Shown piece after piece: positions 48,501 to 62,339 of a stretch of DNA of 64,000 nt (its first letter is position 1; each line of letters opens with the position of its first letter). The stretch spans positions 1 through 64,000 of the forward strand of contig CAJVPI010000001.1 of assembly GCA_910592345.1 (NCBI GenBank). The letters run 5' to 3'. Below the pieces are notes generated by a model that was not told where the DNA came from, did no database searches, and saw only the letters and a program-made list of their open reading frames with translations. Made by a program: the position numbers and the translations under genes. This DNA comes from Paraglomus brasilianum. Lineage: Eukaryota.

Positions 48501-51500
48501 TTTTACAATTTACGGTTCAATGTTTGCAACCCGAGTTCTTTATATATATGTGATTGAGAATGCGCAGCCACTTCAATTAGCAAAAATGTGTGATAGTGAT
48601 TTTCTTGGTTGAAATTGAGGCAACTTGTGTATTCTTGTCCGTTTTTGTTAATAGAAAGAAAACATCTAACTGGATTTAGGGGGTCAATCAAACATTACGT
48701 GTAAATATTCCCAAAACTTTAAGGGAGTAAACTTAAGTACATAAAGACAAGTATTACGACTAATGTAAGTCCAAATATTACGACTAAATGTAAGTCCTCT
48801 CGATTACTTTCCCCCCGAATATTTTACATTATACTAGACAGCAGTAAGTTTTTTATTAAGTCGCCCGCAAAGTCTCTGAGGAATCCATCCATAGTTTTAG
48901 GAGTTCCCAGCCCAGCATAAGGCTAAAATAACAGACACTGAATCGCAATTAATGATTACTTTAATAGAGTGTATATTTGATAGTAATTCAACTTTACACA
49001 TGATGGTGATCGATGATGTAAATAAATATAACTGATAATGACACTTTTGTACTCTAACACACAATATGACCAAAATAGATTATTATTGTTCGTATAAATA
49101 TTAAGTAGCACGGTCGTTTTGAAGCATGGTCTTTGCTATTAATGTAAGGTTGAGGTTAGAATGTTGATAAGAGCTTACAACATACGACCCATTCCAACAT
49201 CATTTTGATTTCTCACTTCTAGTATTTACTATAATATATACTGTCAACTCGATCGATTGATGCAATGTTGTATTACTTTTAACAGACAATCGCAATAGTG
49301 ATTTTTTCCCCCTGCATTTTTCTCAAAAACTGTTAGACTGCTTTCAACTATCAGATGATCAGTTGATCAAAAGAAACAATAGGAAGTAAAAACAGATATC
49401 ACATGGCTGAAGATCTCTTTGATATCACACATATATATATTTCTATTGTATTTTTGTAATAAAATCGAGCTGTCTTTGTGATGTCTCTTTCAACTATCGT
49501 ATGGTGATATGAATCAGTAATAGTCACAAATTTAAATCCTCTTATCCGACAGACACTTAGAAATACTAAATTAGGAAGAACTATTACTATTGCTTAAAGA
49601 AAGCCTGAAGAATTAGAAACGAGTCCGGTTACGAAATTTATCCCAAGCCAAATTAGTCTAGTTACAAAAGCCAAGCTTAACATCCAATGTTATTTCATTT
49701 CAGTCCCACACAAGTTTCTAGTACAAATCAGTCTTTATAAAGTCGATAACAATGGTTAATTCTTGGTGGGTTTAATTGGTGTCCGTACCGATTTTTATTA
49801 GAATAAAACCAGAACGATTGGCTAACCAGAAACACCAAGTTGAGGTTATCGCTTTCGGTAAATTTGTTGCTAATATAGTAAACAAATTTTGATCAATAAA
49901 ATTTTCTTTTTTACAATGAAAGAAATGTTTACCAGAGACCATCGCATATTACAGAACTTGGTCGGACTTCATTTCATCGACAATCATTTCACGGACAGTA
50001 CATCATCGTCTTAACTCAAAGCTCCCATTTGGTACTATAACCATACTTCCTATACACTGATTGATGGCAGCCAGCGTTCTTAATTTTATTGGCGGCGAAA
50101 CATTCTAATGATTAATGCCGGCCGAGTCAATCGTAATATCGGATTCTATATATTCGACGAAAAAGAAAACACGTTTGTTTCCAGGACGAGCTCGGCGAAT
50201 TGAATTATCCGTGAAATTGCGGATTTCCCCCGAATTGATTCACATGAGGCAACTAATATGCGACCCGTTCTGCATCTAGGTTCTTTGATCCAGGGGACGT
50301 CACTGAGCGTGGCTTTCTTATCCATATCACCCTGTAGACCGCCTCCTTCTTCTTAAATTTTCATTGAGCAATCATTTGTATAGAGTTTAATCTTCTTCCT
50401 CACTGACAGTGACCAGATTATATATATATTCGCCAGAGCTCTTACATGCTTTCAATCGTCATCTCGCTCTTTCCAATTCCTCCTCTTAATCATAATCCAA
50501 CAAAGTTCTCATCCGATATGTAATCATCCTTCCTACACATTCCATTTCGTTATAGTCCGCACTATCAATTTCTATATGATCGACTACGCCCCTTCATTCA
50601 TATATCCTTTCTTGATGTTCCTCTCAGTCTTCACTCAAGTGATCTTCTAATACTGAACCATCTTTTCTACCCTTCAATTGTTCCTTCAAATCACATACAT
50701 CCGATGAATTTAATCCACCTCTCGCTCTAATCTTCACCCCGCTCGATAAAAATTCTCATTCAGGTACACAGTGCATAATAACGCGTTGTAAAGATATGGA
50801 TTCGGTCGGTACAAAGTCGGCTCCGGTCTTCAATGGGCGAGGAGTAAGGATCGACTGGAATGGGTTTTCTGCCGAGGTCCAAATCAACCTATGCTATTAT
50901 GCAATTCCAATAGTAAGGAGTGATGTAAGCAACTTGATTACGCGTATTGGATAATCCGGATGTTCAATTACCTTATTTGTGGTGGACCTTAACCACACCG
51001 ATCAAGCGTTCGTCTATTACAGTGTTTCCCTAATTACGTGAACTTGCGTTGTGATAGTTGCTGCAATCGTTGCCATTTAAGAGTTTGCCAAGAGCTAAAC
51101 GTAGCATGACACATCAACAAAATACGACGTATCATAATAGTACACCGCATTACAATACTCTAGTCCGCGAAGTACGAGAATGACAATGAAAGTGACTCCG
51201 CTGTAATTTCCACATGGAATCTTATTCGTATCTAGACGATGAAATAATAATTAAATAAATAGCTGATTGAATCTAGAACCCATTAATGTGTGCGTAAGCG
51301 CTTATAGGGACTCGTATAATAGTAAAATAAAAATAATCAGACCTTACTATATCATTGATATGAATCGGTGGCAACCAGATTCAGAATGAGACATTGGAGT
51401 ATGCCGGTATCCCTTGTTCGCCAAAAATGATCAGAATCCGCGTAGTTTTCCTTTATTCTAATGTCAGTCTTAACGTTAAGAAGCTTGGTTATTTCCTGAG

Positions 51501-51837
51501 GAAGGTGGGAGCCGACAAAGGAAGGGACTTAGACAGAATCAAAGTATTAAATAGGTAGTAAGCAGCTACGTACGAACAACTAACCTTTCCCTCCACAGGC
51601 TTTTCGAGATTTCATTCCTGTCTTAAAAAAAAGGCTCTCATTACACTATAACCATCCTATAATTCCCAATGTCTAATGTCGACCGAGATATCATTTGGAG
51701 AATAGCTCGTGGTATCGAAATTGTGCGTTGATAGTTTTTCTGAAAAGCGAATAAGATAAAATGAGAACTTTGGTTCCCATGAGGTAAAAGATAATTTGCC
51801 GGGTTCTTTGCAATAAGATAAGGCGCCTTTCTATTGC

Positions 51838-52173
51838 TCAACCATATTTGTCCAATAATCCCCAGTACCTAAAGACATCTAATTCATTTTTCATATCCTT
51901 TAGTCTATTGATAGTTTTCTCACACGTGTTGCGCCTTTCTGCCATAATGGGATCTTCTTCAACGAGTTCCCTCAGTTCTATGCGTCTACTCGTGTGTTCA
52001 ATATCGTCAACAAGAATGTCACTAGTCATCGAGTTTTGCCAATTTTCCGAAAAGTCGAAAATAAACTTGTTGATTATCGCCATGCATACGTAATCCGTAT
52101 ATCTTCTTGGAGATAGTTCATGATAGCTTTTACATCGGCCACTACGGTTGCAGCTTTCGTACCATGAGTCCAT
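51838..52173 (-). pseudogene. Isolated dynamin/Mx-like GTPase effector domain (GED) fragment
   Basis: RRYTDYVCMAI...LVEEDPIMAERRNTCEKTINRLKDMKNELDVF matches the fungal dynamin-like C-terminal pattern KRF.D.V.M.I...LL.ED..IA.RR..L......L....EL..F; no GTPase domain seen upstream. Confidence 0.6.
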
Positions 52174-52270
52174 CAAGTTATATATATTATTAATTCAGCC
52201 CCGTTGACGTGATGATTTTTTGTCTCTTAAGTGTATATGTAGTATGAAGAGTTGAGGGTAAAAGATCGGC

Positions 52271-52291
52271 GTGTGTGTGTGTGTGTGTGTG
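52271..52291. repeat. (GT)10 microsatellite
   Basis: Direct observation. Confidence 0.95.
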
Positions 52292-54859
52292 CGAGACGGA
52301 AGAAGCAAAAGCTGAAGCTGAATTGCGGTTGGAATGGGTAGTCGGAGCCGAAGAGGTTATGGTAATAGCAGGAGCGGCACTAATAGTGATAGGCTAATTG
52401 TGATTGTAATGCATTGCAATAAGAATAATAATGCTGTGCTCTCACAAGTATCCACTTGTCTCGCTTGAGCATTCTCGTTGTCGGCTATATCTTGTAATCC
52501 GCACGGCTCCTGGAAACGTATTTGAAACAGCGATTGGCAATACAATATTAATATGATTGTTACAATAACATTATTATTATTACGATCGCTTAAAACGATG
52601 GAATAAACACTTGCAACATAATATATTGATTCTCATAACTTACATAATATGGTGAAATTAGCTACACCTGGGCCGCATATTCTACTGATTACGTTCGACA
52701 TTCGCCATCTAGTACAGTATTGATGATAACAATGACTTGATGAACACTTGATATTTATAAGAATTAGCACATAAGTCATCTCGGATACCCATTCTAATAC
52801 TCATATACATCATCGTTTCCTTACATCAACATCTTTACTACTTATCCGCCCTTTCCATCACTTTTATATAGGCATCTTCCATCCTCTACCCTTTCCATTC
52901 TTCTCTAATGAATATCCTACCGCGTGTCCGTGTTACGTTCGATCTCTTCTTAGATATAACCATACCATGCCATTTGCGTGCTTTTCTTCTACAACTGACC
53001 TATACGCTCCAATACGCTCACAGGATTACGTATATACTTTGCTTCGACTCCTAGTCAATTAGTGTTGAGAGGCGCCGCCCGTTTCCAATAATTGAATGCG
53101 TAGAATCCGGTGAATGAATTTTCCAGCTCCCTTATATTTTGTAGATCTGATGATCAGTAACAGAAATAGTCAAATTGCGGTAAAACGAGAAACGTGTCTG
53201 TAGTGATACAGAAAAATGTGATTATAATATATACTATATATTTCTATGACAGAACATTAATTACACCACGAAATGTTGAATCATCTTCAATAACCGATAA
53301 TAACTTAATATTAGCAAATTTTAACTTGCTTCTTGATACCAAGTTGTATCAATGCTAGTTAGAGGGATATCCTTGATCCCTGCCATAATACGACGATCAT
53401 ATTGAGGCAGTTTGAGATAAAAAAGGTATCTATCGCCCCGTGTTATTATATACAATTTGTCTTAAAAGTAAACAGTCCTCCCATTGCATTCACACATTAC
53501 AAACTCACAAACCAAATTACACATCCTCTCCCATCTCACTATGCATCAGCAAAAGCTAGGATTTTATATTCTGTGGACAGAAAAAGCCAATACTAACTAA
53601 TACGGTCCGGAAATTGACGATTCACGACTAGTTACTAATTCACGACCATCTGACGTCACGACCGCTAATAAACCATCAACACCAACACACCAAGGAGGTC
53701 AATGTCGTCAGAAAACATGGGCGCGTGTGTTGACCTCTTTAACGGCTGCGTCTTTCATCTTAATTCATTACGCAAATCTATGTGCATGAAGTGAAAGTTC
53801 ACGACAACTAGCCAGGCATTAAACTGCTAATTGGCCTTCAAGTGGCTGTCTACTTCACTCCGCGTCTCTAAATTGTAGACTTATGTTAAGGAGGTGCTGA
53901 CGTTAATAAGGACATTAAAGTGGTGGACGATAGTAGGGGATGTGTTATAGTAATGGGATTTGTAATGTGGGTGAGGATGAGGCCGTAACTTGTTGACGGA
54001 TGGGCGGCAGTGATCAGTACTGATATACTTGTGCTTATGTCCTCAAATCCTTTCTACGAGTGGGCAGTCCATCCGGGAACACTTTAATTCACGCGCTTTT
54101 TTTTAGTTTATGCGGAACGATTCTATTATACATGTATCTATTTATTTGTTCAAATAAAGAATGCAGATATCTAACATTAGCATATGAAGTGTGCGTAAAT
54201 AATAAAGATAGTTGGGTAACGCCTATTACTTTCAGAAAAGGTAATCCAAGAAGGCATCAGGTAAACCTTTTTTGGGTTTCCTATTCCATGATATAGTAAT
54301 CGCTGAGACGCAAATAAACCGTCTTCGCCTTACTCGACTGATATTTATAGTGGCTATATTTTATACTAAATCGACTCACCGTTATTGTTATCGCTTACCA
54401 AAGTAGGTATAGCTTCGACTCGGTGCCCGCAACGCGTGTTCAATTTTATAAGCGCGAACGGCTTAGATTTAACGGGAGCCTATTACTATGTATCTAAAGT
54501 ACAGACCTGCCTTGCCATGCTCATATAATCTACCTTGTAAATCTGCTCAGTTATTTTTCTACTCGGATTTATTGTGGTTGTTTTCCAAATGTGTTCCCGC
54601 TAATTAATTTTTCTATTGGCTGTTCTAATTTGGGTATCACCACGTTAAGAAACTTGATTTACGTGTGCATTTGGGATGTGGAAATCTTCAATCACGACAT
54701 GCATTCTTCGTCCATATATCAGATATGTATGTAGCTTGGAATGTGGTCTTATAATCTGTCAATGACTTTTGTAACTGATTATTCATCTAATTTATCCGCA
54801 CGCCTCCCCACCCCATAGTAGCTACATTTTTACGAGCATCTGATTTGCAGGTATGATGA

Positions 54860-56410
54860 ATCATACATTCCAACGATCACTCGTAAATGCTGTTCACCGA
54901 TCTAAGCAGTTACGATACTGCGATGCTCTAGAGCAGGTTCGTAATTGGTTAATCTCTTTCCACAGAGTATTAATACAGTATTACCAAATTTGATGTTATG
55001 TCCTTTTGATCCGAATGAAGTAGCTCTCATTTCTATCGCGTTCCGGACAGGATAACGTGCCAATGATTTATGCGCCAGTACTCTACTTATGAAAGTAAGG
55101 TACAAGATAATTAATGGTAGAGTTAATTTTATTAAGACGCGTTACTTATATGGGTTTTGTTGTAGAGAGAATCCATCATTCGTCATTATCAGTAGAGATG
55201 GTTGGTTGAGCTATAGGCTATTTCTTAAAGTAGTCTTGCTCCTATTTGAAAAGATTTATATCCTATCTCGTGATATTGATCGCACATTTTTGATGAATTG
55301 TCGTATTGCAATCTTTGCCCACCAGTATCTCTCCTTGACTTACCAATTGTTGTCTTTATTCACAGATCTCCTATTATGTCTTGGAACGCTGCTCCATAAT
55401 CAGTCAGTACCGTTTGTAGCTGATTATTCCATCTACTTTATCTTTCCCTGCAGTATGTCATAATATTTTTACAAGATGTTTTACTCGTTTTGTAGCTGAT
55501 TATTTCATCTACTTTTATCTTCCCTGTAGTATGTCTACAAGCTTTGATACTTGGCTGTCGGATCGAGGATTCGCCGTCGCAGTTGGGGTAATATTAATCC
55601 TCCAATTCATACGTTTCCAATGATCACTCGTAAATACCATTCTCTGATCTAATATTATTTGTTCTGATACCTCATTGGATGATTTTAGAGCTTCATCATT
55701 AGAACTATAGGCATGCGGTCAAATAATCCTATTCCTGAATGTGCGAAGACGCGTTTAACAATCGATCACTCAGATTGATGGGCATTTATTTTACGTCTTC
55801 TTTTCTTTCTTGAAGACTTTTCTGGTACGCGTGAATGTATCGCGGAAGATATGAGGTAGGTTTCGATTTTTGATGATCATATATACGCCCGTTATTACTT
55901 GAGCGTTTGGTATAGTGGGTTATTATTTATTACTTGCTTTGCTTATAATAATGATAATTCATAATAGGTTGAATATTTTTACAGCGACTGTAAAGAACGG
56001 GTACAAATTTGTTTGATTCCTTAACGTTTCGCAGATTACGCACGAAAAACCTCTATAAGGATTCGATAGCATACTGAAGTGTGGGCTAAAACCATGGGTG
56101 CATGGTGCAAAGTTGAGTTTGAACAAGGAAGTAAAGACAGTTATGCCATGGGCAACACACTCTTTGCATACTTTTTATGTATAGGCAAGAGAGACAACTC
56201 GAAGGCAGCATGTAGAGTCCTATTCAATGACAGGTAATTTAAGATCATTTATCTTCATGCATGTTAACGAGTCTTGGTTAATACTTACATTTTACCAAAT
56301 CGCAATTGACATTGATCGCACGTTTTTGATGATCTATCGTCCTTGTCTTGCAATGCTCGACCAACGCATCTCTCCTTAATCTTACTGACTGTTGCGTTTA
56401 TCCCTAGATA
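54860..56410 (-). mobile_element. Decayed, locally duplicated Ty3/Gypsy pol (integrase zinc-finger region) remnants
   Basis: Minus strand gives RLILPQLRRRILD (about 55560-55600) and VKERYWWAKIAIRQFIK..CDQ (about 55275-55340); related segments recur at about 56310-56415, 54862-54905 versus 55607-55652, and 55413-55459 versus 55489-55535. Confidence 0.55.
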
Positions 56411-56685
56411 TCCTGCAGTTCTTCGTTGACGACGCCGTTAATTTATATAATGCTTGACGCGTTCTTTTCAGATTGTTGTCATGTTCAGTGGTGGCATCTC
56501 TATCTCAGAGTTGTTTACCTTGGCTCTATGCAAAACCACGAGTTATCGAAATTATTCGATCATTCAGACTCATGAAGAACAACTAGTCGTTTTGTAAAGT
56601 TTACTTTTATTATTTATTGGAACAACTAATTTATACATGTGTTAATTAACATTTACTAAAATCTATATTGAAATTATGTTTCAGG

Positions 56686-56851
56686 TCTTCAAGTCTTCAA
56701 GTCTTCAAACCCTTCCGAATCTTCAAACCCTTCCGAATCTTCAAACCCTTCCCGAATCTTCAAACCCTTCCGAATCTTCAAACCCTTCCGAATCTTCAAA
56801 CCCTAACCTAACCCTAACCCTTCCGAATCTTCAAACCCCTCCGAATCCTTC
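56686..56851. repeat. 18-bp tandem repeat (AACCCTTCCGAATCTTCA) with embedded CCCTAA telomere-like units
   Basis: About 7 copies; CCCTAACCTAACCCTAACCC at 56801-56820. Confidence 0.9.
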
Positions 56852-57479
56852 AGGTCGTCGGGCGCGTCAGGTTGTTGTTGTCGTTATTAATATTGCCAGC
56901 TAAAATGTTCTTATTCGTTAAATTTAATCAGAAAGTTCGGCATTGAGCCCAACTTCCCCAGCGTCTATGACAGCAACGGCCGCGACAGCCGTTGTCATTC
57001 ATTTCTATTGCCAGCTGGATCTGGCGGACCTCGTAAAAACTATTGCCCATAATGCCTTTTCAAAATTGATTCAAAGCCGCCAGAACGAGCGTGACAGAAG
57101 AGGCATATTTGAGAAACTCGTGTCTTCTGTTATTATAAAGAACACGAGCCTTCCGACAGCCACAGACAGAGGTCGAGTTATCGTGTCTGACTGGGTTTGT
57201 GATATGTAAGTGTCGGAAGTAAAAAGACCAAACCTATGATGATGGTACATCTTTGGTATTGCTCAACACCTACTACTAATACATGTAGGTAATAGTAACA
57301 CGCTCTTCTTTTTCTTTAAATCGAAGCCCGTCGTTTTAACCATTATTCCTGTAAAATTGCGTCACACGAATATCGGATTTATATAAATTGCATTATTATT
57401 GTTGTTGTTATTAGTGTTAGTATTAGTTGTATTTATATTAATCTATAATCCTGTATTCGTGAAGACACAATTCGAATTC

Positions 57480-57710
57480 TGTTCAACTCTTCTTTTTCAT
57501 AACTTCAATAGATTTCCAATTGGATTGAGATCTGGGACTTTTAGAGAGCCAGTCTAGCGCTTTTGAACATTTAGATTAAAGTTAGAAAGCAAAATTTTGA
57601 TGTAAAATTATTCTACAAAACCATCTTTTAGTTGGAGTAAAATTTGTTTGACAAATAGAATTTTATTGTATGCACAAGAAAAATTCTCATTACTTTTGTA
57701 CTGCACTGTA
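57480..57710 (-). mobile_element. Internally deleted Tc1/mariner element: TIR plus DDE C-terminal fragment
   Basis: Minus strand TA-CAGTGCAGTACAAAAGTAATGAG (57710-57685) is a typical Tc1 TIR; 57500-57560 encodes LDWLSKS(P)DLNPIGNL across a frameshift, matching the WPxxSPDLNPIENLW motif. Confidence 0.75.
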
Positions 57711-60580
57711 TAATATTAAAATTAGCAGGGTATTACACGGAGAAAGAATCGCGTGAGCGCGCAGAAGTAACAGATACCCTTTATGGAGTGAGTATTAGTA
57801 TGTGGAACGTCTATATGTTGATAAAATGTGATGAAAGATCTTTGGAGCAACTTTGTTCAGGAAATCTGCAAAGAGAGGGGAAGAAGAATAAAAAAAGTCG
57901 CCTCAAAATGTAAAACTCAGTCGTTTAGACAGAACTAGCAAACGATAGATCTTATGAAAAGAGTAATGGACTTGATTGGCTATCTACTTTCTTCCTTAAT
58001 AAAAGGCTTTTAGGATGATAAGCATTGCATTGATACATTCATATTCAGCGACAACCCATGCAATTAATATTCCTCATATGACTCATGATTCATGTAGTGG
58101 CAACATTCTGCCATATGGTCATGGTTACCAGTCACTGTCGAAGTAAATGCTTGAAATACTTTGTGCGGTTATAATGAGTTGAAAATGAATCTGCCAAGGA
58201 AGATAGTTGATTTAACAATGGATAGTAAACGTGCTAGTCTCATATTCCCAACATACGATATTAATCAATGTCTAGATAAATATTCCCATTCTTCAGAGAG
58301 AGGTACAACCGGATCAAATGGTAAATAATTATATTCTGCGTAGCATCGTATATAGTTAACAGTACTTCACCATAAACTAGAATACTCATAGTTATCAGCA
58401 GTAACGACTCGCAGAAGATTTCAATAGCAGTTGCCAATGCGATCGATGTAGAGTAAAAAGTGGGCAAAATGGTGTTAATTTATGCTCGATTTTCTACGAC
58501 GCGATTAGAATTATGACATTAAAATACAATACATCACCATGAATTTAAACAGTTGCTTATCAAACAGATAATTTAATGTGTACAAACTGAAAAACTAAAC
58601 TTCAAGCGTTTTGAATTATTATTATTACGCTGAATAATGTGTGATCTGATGTAATAAAATTCCACACAAACTATGATCTTATTGTTGCGAAAGTGGAAAT
58701 AACCTACGCATACTAAATGAATTATTACAATTAAACAATTGGCCAATTATAAATTAGCAGAACTTCTATTTACAATAATCGAACATACGCCAACCCAGAT
58801 ATTTATTAGAAATGGAGTCTATATGCAGCTTGACATTTCTTAAGCGTGTAAGCGACTCTAAAAAACCACGTTATTATTAATTAGCGTAATTAGAAACGGA
58901 TTAAACTCGAACATATTACAAGTATCGTAAACAGAAACAAACTGGATTATTATGATTATTGTTTATTATCTTATTTCCGTCTCCCAGCAAGTCGATATAA
59001 TGCTTCAGTTTTTTATTATTTAATTGGTGTTCGAATAGTTTGTTCCTATTAATTTATTTCAAAAATTGATCCTTAGATGCACTACAAATCATATAAAAGG
59101 TGAGGCCTTAGTTAATGATCTTTTATCAGTCGTAGTTTCCGCCTCGAACATTATCTTTGATATTTATAACACTTGTTTATTAGAATATAAAAATTATTTT
59201 AAAAGGACAATAAAATAATAATTCATTGATCTTGCCACTGAATTTGTAGGATTTAAGCATCAGATTATTATTTAATTGTTTATAAACGCGTTTACTTTTC
59301 CGACTGATAGACTTTCGAAATTAATTCCATCGGAAGATAATCGACGTAGAACTTGAGGTTGATTAATAATCCAGAGCAAGCGTATACAAGATCGAATCTT
59401 GGAATTTGTGAGTATTACCGCCGGAAGATTACACGAACGCTCTCCCACGTGTATCGATCCGACAATTTTAAATAGAAATGTCCTGATATAATCTTAGGCT
59501 TACATTAATTCTTCTTTGAAGAACCGGTGTCTGTGAGTAAGCTTATAGATAAAGAAACGGGCTTGGACTTTGAACAATTAAAACAACACGACTGTTTTCA
59601 TTGTTTTTGGCCACGAAAATTTTTAAAGCCCTCTTACCTTGCTAAATCGTAGTCGTCCAAGGCAGAAGTGCCAAGTGGTAAAATACCAGTGCCAAAAACC
59701 TTGCGGGATATGATTCGGGACGGGGAATCTTCTAACACTTTTTTATGCATCAGGGACTTCTAATTAACAGTAATATAACAAACTTGGACACATTTACGAC
59801 GGAAGCGTAAATATAATGAAATCGCTGAGGTGGGTTGTTTTATTTCTTTTGGATATTAATATGGTTTTCTCTTTTTTGAAAATAATTAAAATGTTTATCT
59901 GGTTGATTAAGTGATTAATTTTTGAAATGTGGCATTAAACAATACAATTTGCAAGATCCCAGAGAGAAACACGAACACCTCCATTAGAAGTGATAGCTCT
60001 ACCAATGAAGAAGAAGAAATACTATGCGATTAGATGTGTAGAAGAACAATCTCAGTCTTCGAATGAACTCGAGTTAAGACGGGGCGCGAAAGATATGAAT
60101 GAAGAAAGCTACTTGTCGTGTCGTATACATTGTATTCGATTTGAGCCCTATGTATTATGGCTCGTTTCTTTGTTCGTTGGAGGGCCTCTTTCACCTCAAT
60201 CTCACTCCAATAGTCTTCACAAGCTTTGGAATTCGTTATCTTCCAACTAGCCGTTTTTCTGGATCAGCATATTGTTTATCAACATTTTGACAAAGGTGTA
60301 AAAGAGCACCTAAAAGATGGGATTCAGCATTCTCTCTCATGTCACATTTGACTCGAAATTTTTTATAAAATTTGACCGGTTTAAAAGGATGATTAATCAT
60401 ATCTTTCAGAAAGGTCACTTCTTTCTCATAGCTTGGTACCTTGCGCAAATAGTAATAGAGAGTAACGTGGTCAGTATGATCGTTTTGGCTACGAAATATA
60501 CTCTAGTTTGCTGGAGACCAAGGATCCTTCACCGCATTGTTTAAATCGGATGCAATGAATATTGCATCACCTTTCCGAAA

Positions 60581-60872
60581 GCCCAAGACCTGGACAGCCA
60601 ACCGGCGAGGGCGCGACAAAAACGACCGACGACCTCATAACGCCGAATAAAAAAATTTAAAAATTAAAAAATAAAAGTTACAAAAGAGCGGACATCCCGG
60701 CCGGACAGGCATTACATGGCGAGGAAAGCTAACACTTTCATTGGAGTCAGAATTTAAGCAACACGTGTAATAGTAAAGGACTGGCCAACAGTGGCCCATT
60801 CTGAAGGCCCAAAACCTGGACAGCCAACCGGGGAGCGAACATCCCGGCCGGACAGGCATTACATGGCGAAGA
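60581..60872. repeat. GC-rich interleaved direct repeats (modules A, B, then A+B)
   Basis: GCCCAA.ACCTGGACAGCCAACCGG at about 60581 and 60807; GAGCG.ACATCCCGGCCGGACAGGCATTACATGGCGA at about 60686 and 60833. Confidence 0.85.
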
Positions 60873-62339
60873 AAGCCTTGGTCTCGTGTTCACGAAGAAG
60901 TTAATAGAGGTATACTTTACCTTTTCCATTGTCGTAGTTAATGCGAAGGAATGTGGACGCGTTGGTGTTCAAAAATCTGCAGTCCCGTGATCAATTGATT
61001 ATTGGTTTAGCAAAATTCACTCTGCAGCAAAACGTGGGCAAGCATATTAATGATTTCTCCAGTGACGAGACCCTATGTCACATACCCTTGGTGCGAGATC
61101 TGAACAATGAATTCTCATGTCCTTTGTATCGGGAGTGGCTGACAGACTCGCCCGGACTCGTGTCAAACTGGGTGCTGATAATTGAGCTCTAAGAAACCAT
61201 GAGCCGTATCATATGAATAGAAAATGAATGAAAAATGCTTTGCTAAATCAATGTATCCTCAAACAAGGATATAAAAATGGAGAACAGTGAAATGGTAATA
61301 CAATCGATCTTTTCAAGACTTTGATGCTATTTGCAACTGCTAGCTTACTTTGCTCTCTGTAATAATCCTACTATTCGAAAGTTGGGAAGACAAATCCGGT
61401 TGATATTGAAGACGTTTTCTATTATTATCAATGTCGTTCCATCTGTTGGCAAAATCTCTATATCGGCTACTGACAACGTGATATTCTCAGAGAAGAAATA
61501 GATATCAGAATATATATATTTGTTAACCATTGTGTTAATCCAAGTTTTGGATAGCACGTTTAATCGACCCGACGAAAATCATTACATCATTGTTGACAAT
61601 TCGGTGAAGCGCTTGTTCGAACCAAAAACTTTTGGTATTTCAATACAGGTTAGTTGGTGTTGAATAATGGAGACAGCAGTGATTATTAAAGTTAAATATT
61701 AATAATAGGTGGTTCGCGTGAGCTACGAGGAGTACCAATTTCAAATGACAGATAATTCTACAAAGGCTTTTATATATACTTTATTAGACACTGCAAACGA
61801 ATTATGTGTTTGACCGCTCATAGAACGTCTTGTTCTGAGGATTTCCTTCAAGAGAAAAGGCAGGGTTTTGGGATCTATAAAAATCAACTTAGATCGCCAG
61901 AAATGCTTCGTTCTCATCAGAAATTATCTCGCTCGCTACCCTAATCTCTTTATTACCACTATGAGCTAAACATAACAACTGATGCCGTACTCGTGCGGTA
62001 TTGGATGGAGTCTAACATGGCACGTTGGATATCAGAACATGTGTCTTTCCTCTTTCACTGGGTTTATATGGTAAATCCTATCGTCTTGCGACAAAGTAAA
62101 AAATTATGTCTTGATTAAATGTACAAAACGGGATCAATGGAAGTTTGTAGACACCAATGGCTCATAGCTATGGAACGTTCCGAGAGCATTCGATTTTAGC
62201 TATAATGTCAACGGCACCAACAATAATAATTCGGTTTTCATTGAATATCCTATTGTAATTCTTACCACGCATCATTGGAGTTTCAAAACATTCTTGTGTA
62301 AAGACTGGACGAATAGAAAAACATACCCATTCACCACGC

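Noticed and set aside
52780..53000. Possible RTE-like LINE C-terminus (WYGYI...GRGW)
   Set aside because: Similarity too weak to support without a profile search.
56801..56820. True telomere
   Set aside because: Only about 3 imperfect CCCTAA units, internal to the window.
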